A stretch of DNA of 63,028 nt, filler included, from Choristocarpus tenellus KU-1152 (lineage: Eukaryota; Protista; Phaeophyceae), in the NCBI GenBank assembly GCA_964200185.2. It is 8 parts of 8 records of this genome, joined end to end, with 100 filler letters (N's around TTAATTAATTAA, not from the genome) between each part and the next. Parts side by side here need not be neighbours in the genome. Positions count along the whole stretch, not along the records: positions 44,438 to 52,959 come from CAXNAD020004623.1; positions 53,060 to 60,278 come from CAXNAD020006517.1; positions 60,379 to 63,028 come from CAXNAD020025962.1; 5 more parts are not named here. One strand, given 5' to 3'. Shown piece after piece: positions 50,301 through 61,130 of the stretch. The translations under genes were made by a program, and so were the position numbers. Every line of letters begins with the position of its first letter. Within the stretch, counting starts at the first letter, position 1. The notes under the pieces were generated by a model that saw only the letters and a program-made list of their open reading frames with translations, searched no databases and was not told the DNA's origin.

Positions 50301-51343
50301 AGGTTGGTTTGCACAATTTCTCTAGTGGATACAGCATACAGATGAGAAGCATTTAGAACAAAGGTGTTGTGCCTCTAGGAGATTTTGTAGTCTAGTAACC
50401 TTGAGAGAGTATCCGTGGAAGAGGCATGGGTTCATGAACGGCAGGCCCTGGGGTTGGATGTTACTTGAAAGTAACAAATGACAAGAGGTATTGAGGGTGA
50501 CATGTATAGTGCAATGTCCCTCAGGCCCAGCTGCACAGATCTTGCTGTCATCTGCTCAAGCCCACCCCAAAACGAAACAGCTCTCAGAACAGCAGAGCTG
50601 GAATTAGACCATGGATGTACTTGACACAGAGCCGAAAGTTTGCGTCATTCTTTCCCTATAGAAGGATAGGGACCCATACATATTTCAGTCACCTCACTTT
50701 ATGTGACGTTAAATTTCTTTGATATATGACCAAGGAGCTGTCAAGATTTACGCTCAAATACGACTGTGACAAAATGGTTATTACAATAGCATAGAACTGA
50801 TTTGTTGGGACGAGGCAAAGAGTAACCTATAACGGTAGTGGAATAATCGACTCCCGTATACTATCTATCCTAGAAGTGTAGGAAGAGCAAGCAGTAGAGA
50901 GTAGAATGCACAGTAGGATAGTGCATGTTGGAGAAACACGGGTAGAGGTCAAGCCGTTCCAACCTAGAGGTGTGCTGCTCACTGCTCAACACCTGGCTTG
51001 ACAAGTAGAACAAATAGAGAAGAAAGGAAGGGATCCTCAGTGGGCAATGCTTCATATGTTCACAGGAGCAATAGCACAATGCAGTTACCGCGATTGAGGT
51101 AATCGAAAATGTCATGCAACAGCTCCAGCTGAAGATGGAGATGATAGTTGAGGGGGCAGTGGGAAACTTCCACACTACAAGTGCTTGCACAGAACATAAA
51201 ACATGACCACAGTATTCAATGGAAGGGCATCGCGATGTCCCGAAGCTAGGATGCCAAGGCTCATCACTCTATGGTGTCTGCAGCAAGAAACAGGATGGGT
51301 TCTCTTTAACCTCATGCAGGCACTTTGATACAGGATATTCTCA

Positions 51344-52912
51344 TTACACTTCTGTTACCCCCTCTTTCTGTTGACGTTGACTGTAGCTGCTACCACTGTC
51401 TGGTCTTTTTTCTAATCGAATCAAGTCCACTTCAACATCAACCGAGGTTCGCTTGTGAAACCTGTATGTAGCTGGGATATCAAATCGCAGTTGAGCCACC
51501 ACCGTTAAGTCTACACCCCACTGCTCCGCTTTCTTCAAGATGTGCTGAGAGGGAAAGAAAAAAAACAAGAACAAAGGTCTCAGAAACTTCAAACTGGGCA
51601 AAAAGCTGGTATCCCATGTGAATGAACACATTATAGTACGGATTTGAGGTGTGTTTGAATTGAGTTCCCTTGATGCTGGGCTACGTTTTCAGGGAATCTG
51701 GTTTTGATTATATGAAGTCCATGTGGCAAGCGCTATGGATTGAATACCTGTTTTGATGTAAGTGTTGTCAGTACACAAACGTAACGGGAAATCTACTTGA
51801 GGCGGCAAGGCCTCATCCCCAAGTGACGTAAGGATAGGTCCAACAAAAGGTTCAAGGGAGGAGGCAGAGTGACAAGTGGTGGGATGACTGAACACAACAT
51901 TCGAGAGCAAGATGAACGGATAACCAGTTGCAGTACAACAGTTGCTTGCAATAGTAGGTAGTATGAGAAACAGTGCAGTGTGGTGTGCCTCTGACCACAG
52001 ACTAGGAGAGTCCCCAGACTAAAGTGAAGGATATGAATGAAAATGGTACTCCAAAGTTTATCGTTGCACGTGAGGTCTTTCATCGATCTAAAATGAGCAC
52101 CCCAAAACCTCTACCTACTTCCACATATTTTGGGTTTTATAAGTGCAAAAGAAATATTCAAACCATGGTCGAGACAATCCTACACTAGGCTCCGGAGGTC
52201 TTCTGTGAAACGTAATGACAGTGACAGAAATAGTGGATAGAGCAGAATTGATTTCTTTGAAGTACTAGGCATCCTTGTAATTATGCTATTTTCATGCTGT
52301 TTTCAACCACAACTGTAGCAGACCTCACAAAGACTCGATCCAGTTGGATTCGATTTTTCAACTTCTTGTCCCCTTCTTCAGTGCCCCACCCAAAACAACA
52401 GTGTATCATTTAGTATTCATATTCACAATGTATTTGTGAAAATAAGAGAGTACATATTGACTAGTCAATCGAAAAGAATCTACAACCATGTAACCGAGCA
52501 TTCTTACCTGTCTGGTGGAGGACTTGTGCATGGAGTACACTGCTGTTGACGCCACCTGTCATGTAGCCATAAAAAGTCATAGACGCCAAAACAAGAAAGA
52601 AAGCTGGTCATGACAATGAATCAAAGTCGATGACTTGGTTGAACACTTGTCCTAAAGGTTATCAAGGAGCAACATACCACCACATACGTGAGCAGTGTAT
52701 GGCAGAGAACAAAAATGCATACATTGTCCTCGGCAATCCATGATCTATTGGCTGTGTCACTGTTAAACGCCATCGTAACATGCGCACACACCGTTTGCAT
52801 GCAAACACGGTATGCTCCAACTTCACCTGTAGTGCCTGTTCCAAGAAAATCATATCAATGCCTGAATTCCTTGTTCCGAAAGGTGGATTCATGATGACGG
52901 TGTCAACGCATC
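51344..52912 (-). CDS. METTL5: rRNA N6-adenosine methyltransferase METTL5, last three exons; 5' part off-contig
   Basis: Exons 52912-52827 (CVDTVIMNPPFGTRNSGIDMIFLEQALQ), 52555-52508 (VASTAVYSMHKSSTRQ), 51544-51344 (HILKKAEQWGV...AQLRFDIPATYRFHKRTSVDVEVDLIRL...*). NPPFGT, VYSxHKxSTR and YxFHKxxSVDxEVD are METTL5 hallmarks; GT-AG, phase 0. Confidence 0.93.
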
Positions 52913-52959
52913 CTGTGGAGATGGTGTGCGGCAGGGGTGGGGGTACACGTGATATAACA

Positions 52960-53059
52960 NNNNNNNNNNNNNNNNNNNNNNNNNNNNNNNNNNNNNNNNN
53001 NNNTTAATTAATTAANNNNNNNNNNNNNNNNNNNNNNNNNNNNNNNNNNNNNNNNNNNN
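52960..53059. other. Artificial contig spacer
   Basis: N44-TTAATTAATTAA-N44. Confidence 0.98.
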
Positions 53060-53400
53060 CCCCCCCCACCCCCCTCCCCCCCCCATGTAAGAACGAGTTA
53101 GAGCTAGGGTTAGGATTGCTTCACCTATTTTAGACCAGCAAACACTTCTGTAGTTAGACCATGGACCAATGGTATCCAATAGTATGAGCCCTATCCCTAA
53201 CAAAATTGACCTGACAACATTCTACCTAAAAACACTGAGCAGACTCTGCTACGATTCCAACCCTAACCCTACCAATTAACAAGCAAATATGAGCAACCTT
53301 AATCACAATGATCACACCATGGCTATTAACATGACTCCTCTAGAATACACACGAGAATAACACCTCACCACCAACCTTAGCATAGAGAGCGCCTACTTAC

Positions 53401-56400
53401 CCTCCATGCCATCAGCTTCCGCCCTCCCCCAGTCCGCTCCTCTAGCTCCTCGGCGACACCCACACTATCTGCAGACTCATAATCCTCAATAACTGACCAG
53501 ACAATTCCACAGAGTGTTGTAGCAGGTTGAGCATAATGCAGGCATCGGCTTGGTGCCAGAGCTCTTTGAGAAACAGTAACGACTACGATCACAACGACTA
53601 AGAAAACAAACAATACTATCTACACATATTATGTGAATATGTGTGTATATGTGTTACGCTATTCAATCAACACACACCCTAACCCTATTGCTACAAAAAT
53701 GTAAACACGACACAAAAGTCTGATCAAGCTGACCATCCAAGGAGGTGTCACGGCCCTTAGATCACCCTAAACCTAAACCTAACCCTAACCCTTACAAATA
53801 AATAACCCTAGCCAATCACATGGGGCAATATGACAATAAACCTGCTCGATATCGTATCACTGTTTGCTGTCGATCACATAAACTCTCAGCTACCCCCTAT
53901 GAGTAGAAGCCACTCTGCCACTCCACCAATCTCTGACCAAACAAACACTAACCCCAACCATAATCCAATAGTATTTTTTTATAAATATATACATAGAAGT
54001 ACTACCAATAAAAAAACATCTTAAGGCGAAGAAGATGTGTCACATCTTCCTTCTCACCTCCAACAGAATTCAGTCCTCTCTCACCCCCTCCACCGCCACG
54101 CACTTCCCGACCAGCTCTAGCATCTGCAAGCTGCTGCTGCAGATCAAGGATGTGCTTCTCATGGGCTAGCTTCATCTCTAGGTTCTGGAACAAAGGACGA
54201 TCATTGGCATTCAGACCAAGGCATATTCTAGCCCTAACCCTAATCAATACGGCCTATTCTAGTGCTCATGTTGATCAACTTGTACCAAATTAGTCTTGAG
54301 AGTGAAAAAATTATTCACACATTTCATGAAGACAAAATATGTACCAGAATACACAAGAAAACACCTGCCTAACCCTAACATACTACCAAAACCCTAAACC
54401 TAATTTCTCATTATTTCAACACTCACACCATCAAATAACCTCCCTTTCCCACAGTGCACAACTCTCCAGTCATTACATCCTCCCTCCCCTTCCCCTCTAC
54501 CAAACACCATAACCCTAACCCCTCAAATCATTGTCAACAATGCATAAAACACTACAACAAATCACCTTGATCTGTGTTTCCTTGTCTAGCTCGCCATCAT
54601 ACTGGTCACTATTAGTCCCTGGCACTGCCTCACTTTCAGCCCTAACCCCAGCCTTGTCTTCCTCTTTGACTCTTTCCCCCACTGGCCTTACACCGGGTTC
54701 CTTCCTCCAGTCCTGAGCATCCCTCTTATCAAACTCATGCCCCTTGTGATGAAAGTCTTCAATGTTATCCTTGGGCTCATCACCGGGCTCCCTACGCTGT
54801 TGACCATTTTTTACATTTTTTTTTACACAGGGCAGGTATTTTCTTAGCAATATTACTTACATATCTGTATTAAGAAAACGTATTCAAAATAAGGGACTGA
54901 CTTTTTTTCTTTTCTCATGTGAGGGTTAGGGACCAAATAGAAACATTCATTATTAGTGTTAAGGCCATGCATGGCTGGGGAGGAACAAAGATAAAAAAAT
55001 ACAGTGTTAAAAAAAACCCCAGCAGACACGTGCCGAAATGTTTTCACTTGTAGAAGGAAATATTCAGTATGACATGGGGGAAAAAGGGGAACCCTAACTC
55101 TAATTTAGATTAATACTTGATGTGATATAAAAGAGGGAGCTAACAAAAAATAGAAATAACCCAACAAGATACAAAAAAATATGATATACCATACCGCCAT
55201 ACCACTCTAATTCTGTTCAATACAGTGCACATCTATCCTATACAGAGGCTTATAACCCTAACCCTAGTAGTAAAACATTACAAATAAATATGGCATGGCC
55301 AATACCATATTCTCCTCACACACATAAACAACCCTAACCCTAACCACAGCCGACTGACTACCGTAGCAGCCTACTAGTAGAAAAAATATACTATCCATAC
55401 TAGATAGTACTTCGGTCATTATGTTGAGATATCACCATTGGATCACCAGGCCAGTCACTCACTCACACAACTTCCCTCCTTGGGAAATACAATGAAATCC
55501 CCATCTGTCTGTGACAATATCAGAGGCCAGAAGTTGGGGGTTCAAACCCCGCCAAGACAGTCTGCATTTTACTTATCCACCCCATAAACTAAGAGAGTAG
55601 ATTTTTTTTTGTGTAATGGGGCTCGATGAGAAATGCCAAAAAAAATGACCACTCCACAAAACAGGAGGCTGGATTGCTAACCCTAACCCTAACCCTAACT
55701 CCCAAAAAAGTCTTCACAAGGGGATGGGGGTATGGATAGGTGCATGTATGACTACAGAGAATATTGACAGCAAATACCAAATATTAACTCTTTGTTGAAA
55801 GCTAAAAATACCGAAACACCATAATATTATCTCAACTTACAAGTCCCTACCTGTCAAAATCAGGAAGTTTTCTGGATTAGTCGACACTCCACACCCAAAA
55901 CAACTAACCCTAACCCTAACCCTAACCCACATCAGTGCAATGTTCCCAACTAAGTTCAAGGCTACTGTATACTGAGACACTACATACAGTACTGTATACT
56001 GACACACTACATACAATACTGTATACTGACACACTACATACAGTACTGCACACTGACACACTACATACAGCACTGTATACTGACACACTAAATACAGTAC
56101 TGTATACTGACATACTACATACACTGAAAGCAGACACCTATCCCCAATATATCTGTCATCCTGCAAGTTACCTGTCCTCTTGACTCCACCTTGCGACTCT
56201 CTCTGTCATCATGAAGATTGTTACCCACCCTGGCTGAGTGTGCATGCACAGCCATCTTACTCTGGTGCCTCTCCATACCCTACATAAAAAGAAAAAAGAA
56301 ACCAAGGTCTTCATCATGTTCATAATTAGGTAACCCTAACCCTAACCTTCAAACAACACTCAGCAAGAAACTCTTGCTATGATTCTAACACCACAAAGAC

Positions 56401-58475
56401 ATGGTGGATTCTACTCTATTCTGCAATTGTTCACAGCATTACCTTCACCTTCCACATCTCATTATTTATAATCATTAATATACCTTCATGTTGGGGTCAG
56501 GGTAAGGTTAACCTAGACCTGATCATGGACCCTGCACAGTCAGTGAATACATTTCTCAGTCTTGAATTACAAATGTACACTACAAACAACCAAGTTGAAG
56601 TACCAAGATGACTTTGTGTTTCAACTAATTTGAATTTGAAGTGTTGTGTTCTCTTTCATCAGTCTTTGAACAAGATGAGTACATTTTAAAAAAAGGGCCC
56701 TGAAAAAGACAATTTACCTCACCAAACGTTTTATACTCACAAAACACACATAATGCACCCAACAATTCTGGACTGAGGGCTCCAAAAACATGTGTCACAA
56801 GAAAGTCATAGGGCCCCTCGAAACTCAGCAGCTTAGGGTTAGGGTTACCCTAACCCTAACCCCACGCCAGTAATTTGACTCCTAACCCTAACCCTATGAC
56901 TGTATTGCTCCACCCTAATCCTAACCCTAACCGCATGCCAGTAATTTGACTCCTAACCCTAACCCTAACCCCACGCCAGTAATTTGACTCCTAACCCTAT
57001 GACCGTATTGCTCCACCCTAACCCTAACCCTAACTGCATGCCAGTAATTTGACTCCTAACCCTAACCCTAACCCCACGCCAGTAATTTGACTCCTAACCC
57101 TAACCCTATGACTGTATTGCTTCACCCTAACTCTAACCCTAACCCTACTATCATACGCTATGAGGGCATGTCAAACACGTCCAACATTAGAAGAACAACC
57201 AAGACTACTCCACACTTTGCACCCTGCAGCACAAACTGGATAAAAATAAATAAATCACTCAATTAACAAAAAATACCGACCGCACAGCAACAGAAGCCCT
57301 AACCCTAACCCTAACCCTAACCGACACATGAAAAAAAAAGAAATCACCTGTACACGTACGTACAAGTGTTCCCAACTCTTTTTTTCCCTAACCCTAACCC
57401 TAACTGACCATACCCGTAGGCAACCCCCCCCCCAAAAAGTATCACATCGCATCACAAATTAAAAAGAAGAATAACCCTAATCCTAAAATCCTAACTGCAC
57501 CTCCGTAGTGCACACCCTTAAATGGCTAGGGTTAGGGTTAGGGTTAGATAAGAGGGTTAGAGATGGGACACATCAGACATCTAACACGCCGGTACAATCT
57601 CACCTCTCTGAAGTGGGCATCCCTGTCAATGTGATGCTGTGGTCGACCCTGAGAAAGAGAAGCAAACCATTACAAAAACCCTTAACAATTAATACAAGTA
57701 TGTACTGTGCATAGCTAATAAAAAATAAATAAATAAAAACACCTCCAACAATACATCCCAAATTTCTTTGCAGAGTCAGGGTCACATATACTAGCACACA
57801 ACACTTGGATGTCTAGCCCAGGAAGAAAATGGCAAAAAAGCATGCCCCTCCTCTGTCCCCACTAAGCTCTGTCCTAGGGCAGAGGTCATTAAGGCAAATC
57901 ACCCTACTTGAAACCTTTCAAACTGGAAAGAGACTCAAATCACAAAGTCAGTAGAGGGACAGGGGTGAAGGAAAGAAAGCACTACAAAACATCAACACAG
58001 TCACCAAAAGGATTAGACACTTGCCCACACTTTCCATACCCTAACCCTAACCCATTCAACTGCAAACAAGAAAAAAGAGGTAGGGTATACATTCAGGGAG
58101 CAAGCATACAGTACAGGACACTCCATCAGTGGAACATTTCCATTTCAAATAATCCTTTGACAATCTCAAGACACTCATCACCCCCCTTCAACCCTAATAC
58201 TATAAAACAAACTCAACCAGCACAACCCCTCCCCCTTCCCTACAACCAACCCCATCATGTTCCCCAGCCCCAGCCAACTCATCGCCTCCCATGGCCTATA
58301 AAACCAAAATAACCCCTACCGACCTAGTCAACACATATCTTATCGTCTACACCCCAAACACCAACCAACTCCTCACATTCCCTAACCCTAACTCCTCACA
58401 TCTGGGGCAGTACCAGCATCCCCAGGAAACCTCTCCTCACTAGCCACAGTCTTGCCCCCGGGCTGGTCTCTGTAC
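53401..58475 (-). CDS. Internal exons of a large unknown hydrophilic/coiled-coil protein
   Basis: Phase-compatible GT-AG exons 58475-58400, 57648-57604 (GRPQHHIDRDAHFRE), 56279-56172, 54796-54566 (RREPGDEPKDNIEDF...KETQIK), 54184-~54058 (NLEMKLAHEKHILDLQQQLADARAG...), ~53561-53401 (...LCGIVWSVIEDYE...RKLMAWR|GTAAGT). No family recognised; the last two boundaries are approximate. Confidence 0.7.
55963..56125 (+). repeat. 27-bp minisatellite x6 (intronic)
   Basis: tactgtatactgacacactacatacag repeated. Confidence 0.92.
56833..57146 (+). repeat. Composite minisatellite built on telomere-like CCCTAA units
   Basis: Blocks ca(c/t)gccagtaatttgact and atgac(t/c)gtattgct(c/t)ca separated by 1-3 CCCTAA units; starts with an inverted TTAGGG/CCCTAA junction. 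Confidence 0.88.
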
Positions 58476-58499
58476 CTAATGATGAAGTACAAAAAATTA

Positions 58500-58680
58500 T
58501 TATTATAATTAATAATAATAATAACAACAATAATGATAACAATAAATAATAAAAAAAGTAACAACAATAATGATAATAATAAATAATAAAAAAAGTAACA
58601 ACAATAATGATAATAATAAATAATAAAATAGTAACAACAATAATGATAATAATAAATAATAACAATAATAATAACTACAA
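58500..58680 (+). repeat. AT-rich ~39-bp minisatellite/(AAT)n tract
   Basis: taacaacaataatgataataataaataataaaaaaag repeated about 4 times. Confidence 0.88.
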
Positions 58681-58816
58681 TGACAAACTCAAACAATGAA
58701 TGTATCTTGCGAGTTCAACAGCGTGATATTTAAAACGCCTGCCTACCTATCGAAACTCTCATCGTGTTAAGGCCAACCTCAGCATGTAGACATGGAACAC
58801 TATAACCGTACCTGTC

Positions 58817-58994
58817 CCTAACCCTAACCCAAAGTATTTTCACTACAACATTTACCTAACTCTAACCCAAAGTATTTTCACTACAACATCTACCTAACCC
58901 TAACCCTAACCCAAAGTATTTTCACTGTAACATTTACCTAACCCTAACCCTAACCCAAAGTATTTTCACTACAACATCTAACCCTAACCCTAAC
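58817..58994 (+). repeat. Minisatellite x4 with CCCTAA linkers
   Basis: cccaaagtattttcactacaacat(t/c)ta followed by (cctaac)n. Confidence 0.88.
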
Positions 58995-59341
58995 CATACG
59001 AACTAATGAGGCATTCCTCATGCCAAATCCGAGACAACCTCTAGCAGAGTAAAACAAAAATAAAAGTTCTGCCTGAGGATGACTCTTGACAGGGCTCTGT
59101 TTTTTGTAAGTTCATGTTGAGTATGTGTTCGTAAGCATTGGCACACGGCATCCTAGAGGGGGTGTGCTTAGATCAGGTTATCCATTCGGGGAACTGCTGG
59201 GTGTCGTAGAATCATAGGGTTAGGGTTAGATATCAAGTTGACACCTGTTTTTCATGTGAATATTTTTGCTTTGGGTTCAGGCACGGGGATGAAAAAAAGA
59301 AAAAAAAAGAACATTGCATTTACATGAAGAACATTGCCCTT

Positions 59342-59606
59342 GAGCCAAAGAGTATCTTAGAGGATAGAACCGCGTCCATTTGGGGATCAAAATCCAATGT
59401 TCCGATTTTGATGTAATTTTGACTATCGTGTTCTTCAGGAAGTGTCAAGATCCTTGTTCCGGACACACCTTTTCATAACGTATACATTTTACCTACTCTG
59501 AAGCATATCGGAGTAGGAAAATGTCATTAAAAAAACTGTGGGAAGCCAAGCCCCAAATGGACAAACAGGGCAAAACTTGTACCCTAACCCTAAGATGCTT
59601 TCACTC
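59342..59606 (-). mobile_element. MITE family M2, full copy, reverse orientation
   Basis: GAGCCAAAGAGTATCTTAGAGGATAG ... CCCTAAGATGCTTTCACTC; flanks CCTT/CCAT. Confidence 0.85.
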
Positions 59607-59819
59607 CCATATTTATTTTACATCTGACACACTCACTCAATACATACGGAAATCACTATGCCAATCAGATGCCTCGATCAGAGACAAGCCCCGAGTGGAC
59701 GCCGGACCCCCCTAACCCTAACCCTTTAGGATGCAATAGGCCAATCAGAGGGGTGAACTATGATATATCATGATTGACAAGGAAAGTATCCGTGGTTACC
59801 TTGGACACCAACGGGATCC

Positions 59820-60099
59820 CCAACCTAACTCCATTCCAATAATAATAAATAAATAAAAACATTTTATACAGTTTCTCGTAACCCTAACCCTAACCCAACA
59901 AGAATAAATAAATAAAAATTATACGGTTTCTCGTAACCCTAACCCTAACCCAACAAGAATAAATAAATAAAAATTATACGGTTTCTCGTAACCCTAACCC
60001 TAACCCCTAACCTAACTCCATTCCAACAATAATAAATAAAAACATTTTATACAGTTTCTCGTAACTCTAACCCTAACCCTAACCCCGACCCCTAACCCT
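59820..60099 (+). repeat. ~50-60-bp minisatellite x4 with CCCTAA linkers
   Basis: aataaataaataaaaa(cat)ttatac(a/g)gtttctcgtaaccctaaccctaacc repeated. Confidence 0.88.
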
Positions 60100-60278
60100 C
60101 ACATCCACAGCTCTCAAAAAAACAACCCCATCACAACACGACCCCTTTACAAGAGAAGAGAACAGAAAGCTTGGTTGGTTGGTGCACAAAAACACAAAAA
60201 TAATATACGTATCAAAAAATAAAGAGTCACACCCTGGAATGAGAGGGGGGGGGGGCATAATCAAGAACATAAACATTG

Positions 60279-60378
60279 NNNNNNNNNNNNNNNNNNNNNN
60301 NNNNNNNNNNNNNNNNNNNNNNTTAATTAATTAANNNNNNNNNNNNNNNNNNNNNNNNNNNNNNNNNNNNNNNNNNNN
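60279..60378. other. Artificial contig spacer
   Basis: N44-TTAATTAATTAA-N44. Confidence 0.98.
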
Positions 60379-60690
60379 ATGTTCTGGACACACCTTCTAA
60401 TAACATAAATACTTTACCTACTCCTAAACATTTTGAAGTAGCAAAATGTCATAAAAGAACCCATGGGAAGCCAAGCCCCAAATGGACAAAAAGGCCAAAC
60501 CCCGTACCCTCTAAGATACTTTTACTCAGTGTCAATATCCTCGTTCCGGACAAACCTTTTCATAAAGTATACATTTTACCTACTCCGAAACATTTTCAAG
60601 TAGGAAAATGTCATAAAAAGAGACCATGGGAAGCCGAGCCCCAAATGGACAAAAAGGGGAAAAATCGTACCCTCTCAGATACTCTCACTC
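60379..60690 (-). mobile_element. Two tandem partial M2 MITE copies (60379-60527, 60528-60690)
   Basis: Both end in gtaccctct(a/c)agatact.t.actc and share ccatgggaagcc.agccccaaatggacaaaa. Confidence 0.82.
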
Positions 60691-61130
60691 TTCCGCTACA
60701 AAGTCATTTTCCAGGAAAATGACCAGAACCCATTTCCCATGTAGCATACGTTTTCCAGGCCGACAACAAAGAGTTCAGTTCCTCCTTCATAATGTACATC
60801 TTGAGGATAACACTCGGTTTAGTTTCCTCTGCACCGCGTGGTATTCAGATCATGCCTGGCCCCCTATAAAACATTAAAACGTTCTGATCACCATGTGAGC
60901 ATTTAAACCGTTCCAATAGATGTGAACAAACATTATTTCCTGCACCAATGCTTCTCACTCGCCCCCTACCTATTAACAGTGCGAGATGGTTAACTGCCTA
61001 CTGCACCATATCTGATTTATTGCCATAGAACTCTCCCAGGTCAAAGTTCCCCAAGCTTCCCCACCACATCCCCCCAGGCCCGACAAGGTCACAACAAGGT
61101 AAAAGACTTGCCCACTGCCCCATCACTCAC

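Noticed and set aside
55837-58696. Repetitive ORFs (VVCQYTVLY, TDTLHTVLY, IIIYYYHYCC, VRVRVR/LGLGLG)
   Set aside because: Translations of intronic minisatellites and telomeric hexamers.
56833-60099. CRISPR-like repeat/spacer arrays
   Set aside because: The spacers are copies of each other, the repeats are telomeric hexamers, the context is eukaryotic introns, and no cas genes are present.
6165-60378. Recurrent TTAATTAATTAA flanked by Ns as a biological motif; gene clustering across it
   Set aside because: Identical 100-nt artificial joiner. Bactofilin, ispB, gatA and the other genes lie on different contigs, so no linkage can be inferred.
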